This document shows, piece by piece, positions 24,401 through 33,728 of a stretch of 64,000 nucleotides of DNA. The stretch's first letter is position 1. Every line of letters starts with the position of its first letter. This DNA comes from Phoronis australis (taxonomy: Eukaryota > Animalia > Phoronida): positions 296,034 through 360,033 of the forward strand of contig NMRA01000393.1 in NCBI GenBank assembly GCA_002633005.1. Direction: 5' to 3'. The position numbers were made by a program, and so were the translations under genes. The notes under the pieces are model-generated. The model made no database searches and was not told where the DNA came from. It saw only the letters and a program-made list of their open reading frames with translations.

Positions 24401-26014
24401 AGATGATTTGGAAAGTGTATTCTTATTAACTTGACAACATATGGACGGATCTGACTGTTACCTTTGACTGTTACCTTTGACTGTTACCTTTGACTGTTAC
24501 CTTTGACTGTTACCTTTGACTGTTACCTTTGACTGTTACCTTTGACTGTTACCTATGCTTCCTAGTGGCAATTTGTTTTTTTCAAGTTTGTCTCTGTATC
24601 TTTGGAGTTCCCTGACAGATTTTCGTCACATTTAGCAACTAGTTTAGCTATCAGACTTGCCTTATTTGGATGTATTCTGCACCCTTTATTGGCCAACTCC
24701 GTGATACTGATTAAGACCCATAGAAGCATACCGTTTGCTCTGCAGTCCTTGCTCTTGTAGATGAATAATGTGAAGGTCGAATTTTCAGAGGTAGAGCCTG
24801 GATCTGATTGGTCAGTTTAGACAATTTTTAGTGATCATGCTGTGCTTCCGGAAATTAAAATGTACGAGTGTCACGGGGCGCATTCCTGATGTTCTCTATA
24901 CTTCTTGATTATTCATTGCAGAATTTTTGTTCATTCAAGGTGTTTATGTTTTACAGACAACAATGTACATGGACATATCTGAGTTTCATTCAGACATGTT
25001 GCTGGTGCGAGATAATTGTTACAAGTATAACCCGCCTAACTCAGACGTCCGGCTCGACTGTGATGAAGTGTTCTCATTTTACGCGCTAGAGTATGAGAAA
25101 TTACTGGACCGCTTACAAAAGGTAACATTTGTTCAAAAATGAAATTTGAAATACTGCATTCAAAACTAATCTGAAATATGTGGCATACAGATTAAGATAA
25201 AATTGGTGTCGAACCAGTTCTCAAAATACGTGCAGTTGTTCGGTGGAGAAAACTGGTTCTCAAAATTCAGGCACGTTATATTCGACCATTATTGCTGTTC
25301 ATATCATTTCAATTAGGCTGCCTTTAATGATTCCTACTTTGTTTCCCACATAGCCACAATCCACAATAATTGTTAGTGTCTGGGTCTATGTTTGTTCTTG
25401 CAACTCTACATTCATGTTGGTGCTCTGTAATACCACACCTGTGTTTACTTGGGAAATTATTAAACCACCATTTCTTTTTTGTCAAGTTGTACAAAAAACA
25501 CAATCAAAATCAGGCTTGCCACACCTACGGAGGCAGTCTGAATATTTTCCTTTTTATATTGGACGCCACAGCATCTACAAGTAATGAAGTGCATCAGAAA
25601 ATCTTAGTGATGATTAGTCTTTTCAAAATTTGAGCGTTTGGGTTTTCACTTACAGATTTAATTTTAAAAGTTGGTACCTATCAAGACGATAGACTTAATG
25701 TAGCATATTTTTGATGGTGAGTTCAAGTAGTAATTGGACAGGAAATAGATCTGGTAATAGTTACTGATTTCACAAGTTTTATTTTCTTCAGATTTTAAAA
25801 GCTGGAATTAAGCCGAAACAAAGGGCACATTTTTTGGGATCTTGCCATCCAGTCTAACTGTCTTCAGATTGTGTTATGGCAGACTTTTCTCATTTAATAC
25901 CAAAGATCATATCTCTTTCAGTCTGCCCACTGTGTTAGCCCATCATCTCCTGCGACAAAGAAGGCTAAGGTGGAAAAAAGTCCAGGCTTTGTTCGAGCAC
26001 TTCCTCTCAGTTAG
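3273..26014 (+). CDS. EMSY: EMSY (BRCA2-interacting transcriptional repressor) orthologue with N-terminal ENT domain and C-terminal bromodomain; 22 coding exons, ~1086 aa
   Basis: Hand-spliced join(3273-3433,3683-3757,5292-5467,5876-5998,8547-8761,9819-10091,10440-10527,11265-11399,12168-12305,13084-13217,13718-13801,14256-14433,15158-15289,16410-16534,17975-18365,19929-20071,21331-21478,22255-22375,23233-23315,23870-23949,24957-25121,25922-26014). All introns GT-AG, phases match, no internal stop, 3261 nt. N-terminus MWPHLLDMSRDEAKRTLRRLELEAYSSLVSALRAQGDLTKEKK...SISTERHRAEVRRAVNDE...EGRRLIPLMPRLVPQTAFT closely matches my recollection of human EMSY. Confidence 0.93.
3683..3757 (+). CDS. EMSY: EMSY exon 2 (ENT domain)
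   Basis: gacag|C...AA|gtagg; SISTERHRAEVRRAVNDEVLTTVAD. Confidence 0.95.
4922..5040. repeat. ~56-bp tandem duplication
   Basis: aatgtgaccagacaatcctt...gtagaacatagtaact occurs twice. Confidence 0.8.
5048..5244 (+). mobile_element. tRNA-derived SINE family A, copy 1
   Basis: A-box-like gtggcccagtgg, then ccttgagtcagg...cagtgcattggg...gcatgtctggtaca shared with copies at 10909 and 26385. Confidence 0.65.
5292..5467 (+). CDS. EMSY: EMSY exon 3 (end of ENT; HP1- and ZMYND11-type motifs)
   Basis: cgcag|C...A|gtgagt; MTGSSMSSEWLVEGRRLIPLMPRLVPQTAFT. Confidence 0.95.
5876..5998 (+). CDS. EMSY: EMSY exon 4
   Basis: tccag|...G|gtgag; RPSSPTSNVVVLPSG resembles human RPASPASNVVVLPSG. Confidence 0.92.
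5985..8398. repeat. 1.2-kb direct duplication across an N (5985-7206 vs 7208-8398), probably allelic
   Basis: Near-identical copies with scattered SNPs and a ~31-bp indel, joined at N7207. Confidence 0.9.
8331..8559 (+). repeat. 76-bp tandem repeat x3 spanning the exon 5 acceptor
   Basis: ctag at 8391, 8467 and 8543; TACTAAC at 8356, 8432 and 8508. Confidence 0.92.
8547..8761 (+). CDS. EMSY: EMSY exon 5 (basic KRKR motif; SPMKITLTK)
   Basis: actag|GT...AAG|gtagg; EEDEDLPTRTNKRKRSSS...LSPMKITLTKSP. Confidence 0.88.
8815..9540. mobile_element. Non-autonomous element with terminal hairpin and sub-terminal inverted repeats (Helentron/HINE-like architecture)
   Basis: Hairpin tggcgtacatgaagtaatat (~8838-8857) / atattacttcatgtacgcca (~8895-8914); tatttatcccatgcgc (~8931) imperfectly inverted to gcgtacggaataaata (~9525-9540). 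Confidence 0.5.
9819..10091 (+). CDS. EMSY: EMSY exon 6 (Ser/Thr-rich)
   Basis: gctag|GTA...CAG|gttgg; VILVSNSGSSSGPSILQRSLSVPVVK. Confidence 0.87.
10440..10527 (+). CDS. EMSY: EMSY exon 7
   Basis: ttcag|GGT...G|gtgag; ...AIQIKQEG. Confidence 0.85.
10909..11113 (+). mobile_element. tRNA-derived SINE family A, copy 2
   Basis: gtgttgcctagtgg A-box-like, gttcgtgtccc B-box-like; body similar to 5048-5244. Confidence 0.65.
11265..11399 (+). CDS. EMSY: EMSY exon 8
   Basis: ctaag|GT...G|gtagg; GMKIITK...KILPKP resembles human GVKIITQ...KILPKP. Confidence 0.88.
11601..11884 (+). mobile_element. Penelope-like retroelement remnant with ~47-bp inverted repeat
   Basis: atatattaaagaaaacaacaatggttttaagtcgacttgacatgttt (from 11601) is the reverse complement of 11838-11884; contains a hammerhead core. 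Confidence 0.65.
11805..11849 (+). ncRNA. Minimal (Penelope-type) type I hammerhead ribozyme motif
   Basis: ctt-CTGATGA-t-ggtgt[loop]acacc-GAAA-CATG-TC-aag: complete core, stem II, palindromic short stem III, GUC cleavage triplet, short stem I ctt/aag. Confidence 0.7.
12168..12305 (+). CDS. EMSY: EMSY exon 9
   Basis: tacag|GT...G|gtgtg; GGKVVNISTSGGKVITTT. Confidence 0.85.
13084..13217 (+). CDS. EMSY: EMSY exon 10
   Basis: ctcag|TG...AAG|gtaagt; KANVIVVQQK. Confidence 0.87.
13718..13801 (+). CDS. EMSY: EMSY exon 11
   Basis: tccag|GAG...GAG|gtagg; ELVSFIQKHEQ. Confidence 0.8.
14256..14433 (+). CDS. EMSY: EMSY exon 12
   Basis: ttcag|TCG...G|gtgagt; SSLLAELIQAVGI; nearby in-frame CAGCAG acceptors are possible alternatives. 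Confidence 0.8.
14473..14975. mobile_element. MITE, PIF/Harbinger (Tourist)-like
   Basis: ~41-bp TIRs gggctgttccagtaaaatctgtatgggagggggggaaggca / tgccttccccccctcccacacagattttgctggaacagccc; TAA on both flanks. Confidence 0.85.
15158..15289 (+). CDS. EMSY: EMSY exon 13
   Basis: ggtag|GA...G|gtgagt; HEWIDCDEAPDASAIKALLEM. Confidence 0.8.
15598..16007. repeat. 51-bp minisatellite x8
   Basis: Unit tggccatattggtttggcaactgaaagtaactt(c/g)cacgataagcaacataa; explains four overlapping ORFs. Confidence 0.96.
16199..16383. repeat. 37-bp minisatellite x5
   Basis: Variants of catacatacagatgacacctacatgctccatggtcat. Confidence 0.85.
16410..16534 (+). CDS. EMSY: EMSY exon 14
   Basis: tctag|AG...CAG|gtaagc; EEATSQLLDQ. 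Confidence 0.78.
17975..18365 (+). CDS. EMSY: EMSY exon 15
   Basis: ttcag|CTT...G|gtaat; DIFSTALASAQIDLDPYQFID. Confidence 0.82.
18473..18572. mobile_element. Short palindromic MITE-like repeat (other copies ~20778-20886 and ~25205-25295)
   Basis: tataatgtgcccaca..tgagaaccagttt...aaactggttctca arms recur three times. Confidence 0.6.
18900..19682. repeat. 46-bp minisatellite x17
   Basis: Unit ttatgcatgtaatattcccaatgtcacatacttgggacaattcaat; only terminal units vary. Confidence 0.97.
19929..20071 (+). CDS. EMSY: EMSY exon 16
   Basis: tccag|GT...AGA|gtaagg; open and phase-compatible. Confidence 0.75.
21331..21478 (+). CDS. EMSY: EMSY exon 17
   Basis: tttag|TCA...G|gtaagg; acidic segment MDISSMNFDDF. 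Confidence 0.78.
22255..22375 (+). CDS. EMSY: EMSY exon 18 (GKRKRK NLS-like; start of bromodomain helix Z)
   Basis: gatag|CA...GG|gtagg; LGKRKRKPPP...GWIRAAL. Confidence 0.85.
22951..23060. repeat. 18-bp tandem repeat x6
   Basis: tattacactttcacattg. Confidence 0.92.
23233..23315 (+). CDS. EMSY: EMSY exon 19 (bromodomain helix Z / ZA loop)
   Basis: tccag|G...G|gtgagt; LLQRVARFRGANREKGEINAAAWFTRP. Confidence 0.88.
23870..23949 (+). CDS. EMSY: EMSY exon 20 (bromodomain ZA loop / helix A)
   Basis: ttcag|TG...GAG|gtggg; [27 protein letters not shown] is a canonical bromodomain signature. Confidence 0.92.
24452..24554. repeat. 14-bp tandem repeat x7
   Basis: tgactgttaccttt. Confidence 0.92.
24957..25121 (+). 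CDS. EMSY: EMSY exon 21 (bromodomain helices B and C)
   Basis: tacag|ACA...AAG|gtaac; YMDISEFHSDMLLVRDNCYKYNPPNSDV with the conserved Asn. Confidence 0.92.
25922..26014 (+). CDS. EMSY: EMSY terminal coding exon
   Basis: ttcag|TCT...TAG; SAHCVSPSSPATKKAKVEKSPGFVRALPLS*. Confidence 0.8.
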   Translation, partial: SAHCVSPSSPATKKAKVEKSPGFVRALPLS

Positions 26015-26110
26015 ACAGGAACGCGTTTCTGTCTTGAGTTGCTTCTTAATTAGAATTTGTTAGATTTCTATTGCATGCCATTGTCTGTAACAAAATATAT
26101 TTTGCTATGT

Positions 26111-26116
26111 AATAAA
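26111..26116 (+). terminator. Candidate polyadenylation signal of EMSY
   Basis: AATAAA ~100 nt after the stop, followed by a T/GT-rich tract. Confidence 0.6.
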
Positions 26117-26384
26117 ATTTTATTTGTACAAATGCTTTGTGTAGGCTTTTTTTGGGTTTGCTTCTAGATATTTTACTTTGCAATGGTCACTGCTATTGAG
26201 AGAGAATATATTACACATGTTCGGTGCAGTGTTGGTTGAGAATATATTACACATGTTCGGTGCAGTGTTGGTTGCTATGTGTCCACAAAAATGTGGTTGC
26301 ATCATTATTGTCCATGTCCTGTCCTCCATTGCTTCTCTGTCATTACCTTTTTTATAAAAGCAATTGCATGCGGTCTGGCTCATG

Positions 26385-26584
26385 TTGTACCAGATGTGCA
26401 CAGGCAGCTGGGGTGTCCCAATGCACTGATCACTGGAACCATTTTTATGCTTTATTAAGATGAAGTTAAAACCGAGCTGAGGAGCTAGAGACCCGACTCA
26501 AGGGTCTACAGTGAGTCCCAGTGGACTCGACCCACATCTTGAGAAAAGGAAGGGGGCACATCTCACTGGACCACATTGCCTCCT
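26385..26584 (-). mobile_element. tRNA-derived SINE family A, copy 3
   Basis: Reverse complement aligns by eye with 5048-5244 and 10909-11113. Confidence 0.65.
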
Positions 26585-28254
26585 CTGTCATAGATTTTGC
26601 TTGTAAGGAATTTTTTTAGGGTATACTAAAACACACAACAAGGGGTGGCATGGTAGTGGAATCCATCTAAAAATAGACTGGTGCCAGCCAATACCCATCT
26701 TATAACCATGTGCCGCATTTTGACTCACTCTCGTATGGTCGGAGGATGAGATGGCGCCAGTCTGTCTTTAGATGGATTCCACTACCATGCCTCAGTTGTT
26801 GACTGTTTTAGTAAAAAAATCCTTATTTTGGCGACTTGAGGAGCTTTCCAAAACTTGATGCAGGGTTATGTGTTTGGAGTGGACTGACACCTATTGACGG
26901 GTTTGACTATCTCTCATGGCAACTACTTGATTTCGTAAGAAATTCCCTTTCCGCCCATGTTTGGGGAACCTGGTCTGTAGGTTTGTTGCAGGCATGCGCC
27001 AGAACCAATCGATTTTCGGTCGGATTCGACTTACATGGCACACCCTGTTGGCCGTTATATACTTCTCTGTCGATATCATTGTGTTGGCTCGGCAAATTTT
27101 GATGAATCTTGCCAAGTGTTTATAGCTGGGATTCGCCCACACCAGTCAATTTTTGACGAATTCAACTGTCATCTCCTGTTGGCGTTCTAATTAGTTTTCA
27201 ACAAGCAATATTGCTTGTCAATTGTTTCAGTTAACGAACACTTGATACAGAGATTTATGGTGAGGGTGTGCTTATTGCAATCTGTTTTCACAAGGATTTT
27301 ATTGCATTGACACTCCCGATAGTCCGCTTTTGGCCATTTTCGTTTTCGGTTCTGTCAGTTGATTATTGCCCAAAACGGTTTCTGAGATTTGGATGGAAAC
27401 TTGACAGTATGGTTCAGATAGATTGGAACGCCGTAATTGTAAACTCTTCTGTTGACTATTTTGCTTTTTGACAAGACAGTCGTCCAGTGATTATACTGTC
27501 AAATGTCTTGGCAACTTTTGATGTACTGAGGCAGAGAGGTACGTGGGCTGAGATATGCGAGCACCAATCGATTTTCAGCTTTGATGTCCTAGTCGGTGGT
27601 GAAATCATTCTAATTATGGTGGAGTATATTGTTTGTGGTGAAGTCGTGAGCGCAAAAGGCTTTCTTAAGAATTGGGCAAATTGGTCAATTTTATGTTACT
27701 GACTTAAGAGCTCATTGTGAAAGTGTATAGGTAGTCGTGTGCATTGAATTTGGAATAAATCTCTATTTTCAAATGTTACCCCCGAGTAGGTCGCTTGATT
27801 TGGATAGCGGTGACCTGGTGAGAAGTCAGTTGATTGTATCTACTAAAGTATGGTCACTAGCTTTTCATCTAGGACTATACTCCCAGCTTTTCATCGACAA
27901 ATTTTCTCTCAGTGAAACAACCACTCTAGCCCTGAGCAAAATATACGTGTACTATACCTGTCGTAGAGTTTTCCGGCAATTTAGATACCGTCGATGTACT
28001 ACTATTTGAGCAGCCACGTAAGGCAGAGTACGAATCGTGGCAGATAAGTGTGTCCAGATATATGGCACGATATAGGATGAAAAAAGTGTGTCCAGTGACA
28101 TGTACCAGTAAGTTAAACGCCTGCTTCACAACTAAGAACATTATTTGATTGCAAACACCTGTAAGGATGTCGTAATGACATACAAACACCTGTAAGGATG
28201 TCGTAATGACATACAAACATATGTAAGGATGTTGTAATGACAAATAAACGAACC

Positions 28255-31200
28255 CATGAGAAAAGCTCGCCTGGTCTCCAGCTACCCTTGTACGGCCCTC
28301 ATACTCAGGTTTTGTTTATAACCTAGAAAGTATCAACTTACCAACCCCCTGTTGTCTCTAGTAGTAGAAATAGTAAACATTGGAACTTGACACTTAGCCA
28401 CAAGCCGTTAGCTGCCAGGCCTATTATTCTGTGCACTTGATAAATTATTTTTATGAACTATTTGAAGACTTTTCGTTAGAAAAAACAAGAACAGCACAAA
28501 AAACAGGGTATTACATAACATCGAAATTTTTTTCTACACCCAATACTTATGATTTTACAAAATGACCAGCTGATATGAAGGCGGTGTATGAATACAAAAG
28601 TTGTAGAAATTGTCAGTAAATATCCTAGTGTTTTATTTCAAACATTTTAAAATTACTTTCGTTCGTACACTGTTTAGAACTTGATTTTACTTTCGTAACA
28701 GTGGATATAATATTTTGACAGGTATATAATATACTACGAACTATTTTACTTGAGTAATGATACTGTATTTGCATGGGTAAGTTGGCTTAGTTTAGTCACT
28801 TGTGTCATTCATGTAAATGAATAATAGTGAGTAGGACAAGAAACAAAACAATGGCAGAATTTCCTAAAGTTGGTGNATCTAAAAATAGACTGGTGCCAGC
28901 CCATACCCATCTTATAACCATGTGCCGAATTTTGACTCACTCTCGTATGGTGAGGATGAGATGGCGCCAGTCTGTCTTTAGATGGATTCCACTACCATGC
29001 CTCAGTTGTTGACTGTTTTAGTAAAAAAATCCTTATTTTAGCGACTTGAGGAGCTTTCCAAAACTTGATGCAGGGTTTTGTGTTTGGAGTGGACTGACAC
29101 CTATTGACGGTTTTGACTATCTCTCATGGCAACTACTTGATTTCGTTAAGAAATTCTTTGTCCGCACATGTTTGGGGAACCTGGCCTGTAGGTTTGATGC
29201 AGGCATGCGCCAGAACCAATCGATTTTCGGTCGGATTCGACTTACGTGGCACACCCTGTTGGCCGTTCTAATTCTCTGTCGATATCATTGTAATGGCTCG
29301 GCAGATTTTGATGAATCCTGCCAAGTGTTTATAGCTGGGATTCGCCCACGCCAGTCAATTTTTAACGAATTCAACTGCCATCTCCTGTTGGCCGTTCTAA
29401 TTAGTTTTCAACAAGCAATATTGCTTGTCAATTGTTTCAGTTAACGAACACTTGATGCAGAGATTTATGGTGAGGGTTTGCTTATTGCAATCTGTTTTCA
29501 CAAGGATTTTATTGCAGTGACACTCCCGATAGTCCACTTTTGGCCATTTTCGTTTTCGGTTCTGTCAGTTGATTGTTGCCCAAAACGGCTTCGCAGATTT
29601 GGATGGAAACATGACAGTATGGTTCAGATAGATTGGAACGCCGTAATTTTAAACTCTTCTGTTGACTATTTTGCTTTTTGACAAGACGGTCGTCCAGTGA
29701 TTATACTGTCAAATGTCTTGGCAACTTTTGATGTACTGCGGCGGAGAGGTACGTGGGCTGAGATATGCCAGCACCAATCGATTTTCAGCTTTGATGCCCT
29801 TGTCGGTAGTGAAATCATTCTAATTACGGTGGAGTATATTGTTTGTGGTGAAGTCGTGAGCGCAAAACGCTTTCTTAAGAATTGGACAAATTGGTCAATT
29901 TTATGTTACTGACTTAAAAGCTCCTTTGTGAAAGTGTACATGTATAGGTAGTCGTGGGATAAATGTCTATTTTCAAATGTTAACCCCGAGTAGGTCGCTT
30001 GATTTGGATAGCGGTGACCTGGTGAGAAGTCAGTTGATTGTAACTACTTAAGTATTGTGACTAGCTTTTCATCTAGGACTATACTCCCAGCTTTTCATCG
30101 ATAAATTTTCTTTCATTCATGATTGAAACAACCACTCTAGCCCTGAGCAAACTATACGTGTACTTTACCTGTGTACTATACCTGCCGTAGAGTTTTCCGG
30201 CAACTTAGATACCGTCGATGTACTATTTGAGCAGTCACGTGAGGCAGAGTACGAATCGTGGCAGATATGTGTGTCCAGATATATGGCACGATATAGGTTA
30301 AAAACGTGTGTCCAGTGACATACCAGTAAGTTAAACGCCTGCTTCACAACTAAGAACATTACTTTTGATTGCAAACACCTTTAAGGATGTCGTAATGACA
30401 TACAAACACCTGTAAGGATGTTGTAATGACGTACAAACACCTGTATGGATGTTGTAATGACATATAAACGAACCACTCTTTTGGATTTTCAAAGGTTGGC
30501 AACATGATCGATTTGCTTGATAATGAACACAATGATAACGGCATTGACGGAACAAACGAAAGAATACAGTTTAACAAAAACAAGAACGTTCCGCCTGCCG
30601 GTGGTCTCTCAGTTCTCCAGATTACTACTGCACACATTCTACAATAGTCTCATTTACTGCTGATGAACATTGTTTTTTGTTAAACTTTGTGATGTCTGTA
30701 TTGGTGTTTTTTACACTCCTGCAACAATTATTTCTCTCAATATTGATATAGTGATTGCTACCACAGTCTACATCGTGTTTTCGCCTTGGACTGAATGTGT
30801 ACAATTGTATTTGTACAGTTTCGAATTCAAATAAACATAAACCTATGGATTCAGTATTAGCCAGTGAAGGATTTTGAATGTAAGGCATAATACAAATCGT
30901 TGGATTATTAAGACCACCATACTCTAGTAACATTGAATAAGCAATGAGTTATTGAAATATTTCTACCAAAGCAAACGGAATATTTGCCAATGGAGTTTTA
31001 ATTTGTAATACAGAATTTTTCTTGAAACATTTACCCATCTGTGTAAGAAGTCGATCCTAGCTTGGTATTGAAGCTCAAAAGTGACCCTGTTTATCTATAC
31101 GTATTCTGTAGTCTACTGCGGCTCTGCTGGTGTAGACTACAACCAGTCAGTAGTATGCAGAGGTTTCTTGATGCCCGGGCTAATTTTTGGATCCTAATGT

Positions 31201-31396
31201 ACTAAGAAAGATAAAAAAGATGGCACATGAAATATAAACTNCAATGCAACTCTTGGAAAGTAGTTCTATCCAGTCAGTTGTGGTTTTCAGTATGGGTCTG
31301 ATGTGTCTGTCAGCAATTAGCCTGGTGTTTATTGTAGTTAGATATTGTTTATGATAAGGGCCTGAAAATTCTGAGACCAGGCGAACTTTCGTCATG
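28255..31396. mobile_element. TIR DNA transposon ends (28255-28875 and 31242-31396), interior lost in gaps
   Basis: Left catgagaaaagctcgcctggtctc and right gagaccaggcgaactttcgtcatg form a 24-bp TIR with 3 mismatches. Confidence 0.7.
28877..31240. repeat. Second-haplotype copy of 26665-28254 plus ~31397-32178, bounded by Ns
   Basis: 28877-30474 matches 26665-28254, and 30475-31240 matches ~31397-32178, with scattered SNPs and indels. Confidence 0.85.
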
Positions 31397-32279
31397 ACGC
31401 TTTTGGAGTTTCAAAGGTTGGCAACATGATCGATTTGCTTGATAATGAACGCAATGAGTTATTGCATTAAACAGATAACGACATTGACGGAACAGACGAA
31501 AGTATACAGCTTAACAAAAACAAGAACGTTCCGCCTGCCGGTGGTCTCTCAGTTCACCAGCTTACTGCACTCATTCTACAATAGTCTCATTTACTGCTGA
31601 TGAACATTTGTTTTATTGTTAAACTTTGTGATGTCTATATTGGGTTTTTTTACACTCCTGCAACAATTATTTCTCTCAATATTGAGTGATTGCTACCACA
31701 GTCTACATCGTGTTTTCGTCTTATAGACTGAATGTGTACAATCGTATTTGTACTGTTTCGAATTCAAATAAACATAAACCTATGGATTCAGTATTAGCCA
31801 GTGAAGGATTTTGAATGTAAGGCATAATACAAATCGTAGGATTATTAGGACCACCATACTCTAGTAACATTGAATAAGCAACGAGTTGTTGAAATATTTC
31901 CACCGAAGCAAACTGAATATTTGCCAATGGAGTTTTAATTTGGAATACAGAATTTTTCTTGAAACATTTACCCATCTGTGTAAAAAGTGGGATTGAAGCT
32001 CAAAAGTGACTCTGTTCATCTATACATATTCTGTAGTCTACTACGGCTCTGTTGGTGTAAAAACGATAGACTACAACCAGTCGGTAGGATGCAGCGGTTT
32101 CTTGATGCCCGGGGCTAATTTTTTGGATCCTAATGTACTAAGAAAGCTAAAAAAAGATGAAACATGAAATATAAACTTTGTTTTATTTAACTTCAAATCA
32201 GTCACAATCTCAAGAAGTTTATACGTAGTGAATGGATGCCCCCCGATGGGGATGCCCCCCCCCCCCGCCCCCTTTCTGC

Positions 32280-32990
32280 ACGCTAGTGCCACTGAAAACA
32301 ACAAAACTTTTCTGACAATTTGATAGCGTGACCAGTCAAGGCGTAGTTGCCTAAACTTTATGTTGACACATCCGGTAAGCGCAATGTTTAGTGTGTTGTA
32401 TCCTGAACCAAGGGCGAAACTTTTAGGCGATAGGTGGACTGCAAGATTTGGAAACAAACACCATTGGACTTCGGTGAGGAATCACCTAGCTAAAAATAGC
32501 ACAGGAATTCCCTCGCCTCGCTCTGAAGTGACAAACACGCTGTGTGTGGCATGCAAAGTGGGTCACTTCTTCGTGTGTCACGCAAACGGAAAGGCGTGTG
32601 TTGCTGTGTTCAGAAGACAAACTTTGTAAGTTTTTTTGTAGTTTACTGATTAATGTCCACTGTCCAAGGTAATGCGTTGTTTGACGCCTGACCGATAACG
32701 ATAAGTTGTGTGTACTGCAGTTACCAGTTCAAAATTGACAGTGAGCCGCAGTTTGCATGATTTAGTGAAGGGCAAGGCTCGGCACCAGAGTCTCGATCGG
32801 AGAGAGTGATGGGTGCGCTCAGGTATGACCTACTGGTCATTTCATGCTAGTTTCGGTACTGCTCGGATGTAGCGGGTACTGATTTAGGTAACCAGTTTCA
32901 TCCACTAGATAACTAGCCCGTTATTCAGTCAGTGCCTGGTTCTCTGAATCAGGGACCGTTAGAGTCCACCAGACCAGCGCCCTCAGTTTC
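32280..32990 (+). promoter_or_regulatory. CpG-richer candidate promoter and non-coding first exon of a downstream gene
   Basis: Raised CpG density and a strong donor-like |gtaagt at 32626; no coding exon identified downstream. Confidence 0.4.
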
Positions 32991-33601
32991 CACAACATTG
33001 TCTTTTGTCTGACAATGTCCAGAGTATTGGTTTCTTCTTGTCCATTGTAACCTTATAATTCGATACAATAATAGACTGAAGTATATGGATAAGCTGTGGG
33101 AATCTAGCCTTCTTCACAAATGCACCCATGAATTGCCAGTGTCCAGTGAGGCACTAGCTGATAAAGTCAATGCTTGTTCCCATAATAAAAATCATTTTAC
33201 ATAAAAAACCTGGAGCTGAGCCTTGCATTTTTTTACATATCTTCATTGTAAGTTAATGTCTTGACAATGTATTATCACTTTCTCAAGTTTTTTTAAATAA
33301 TATTTCTAATTCAACGTTTCTATGTTTATTTAAGAATTACCTATTAAAATAAATTTAAGGTTTGTGTTGTGATACATGTATATATTTAATGAATCTAGCT
33401 GTACACAAATGTTCAAAATTAAAACTAATTTGTGAATCTTGGCCTATCTTTAGACCACCTTCCCCTGGTGGTCTCATGTTTCCACTGCCTCGTCCATCTC
33501 AGTGCACTCATTCCTACTCCAATGTGGATAGGTGTGAGTGGGTGCACACAATGAAGAGAGACAATTTGTATCCAGCTAAAGTGCCGTCCACACACGCACT
33601 T

Positions 33602-33728
33602 ACCCTAGAACAAGTTACTCCTGGTTCGAGTTGTCTCAATAGATTTGAGTGCTGTCTGGATGGTATTCAAACTAGCGCTTGTGGCAACTTACATCACGCG
33701 TTATCGCTGGTGTAACTTATTCTAGGGT
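33602..33728. mobile_element. Small MITE-like element
   Basis: accctagaacaagttac / gtaacttattctagggt inverted ends. Confidence 0.55.

Noticed and set aside
26836-31975. Paired similar ORFs suggesting a duplicated gene cluster
   Set aside because: Allelic duplicate of non-coding DNA; frames not preserved between copies; no domain similarity
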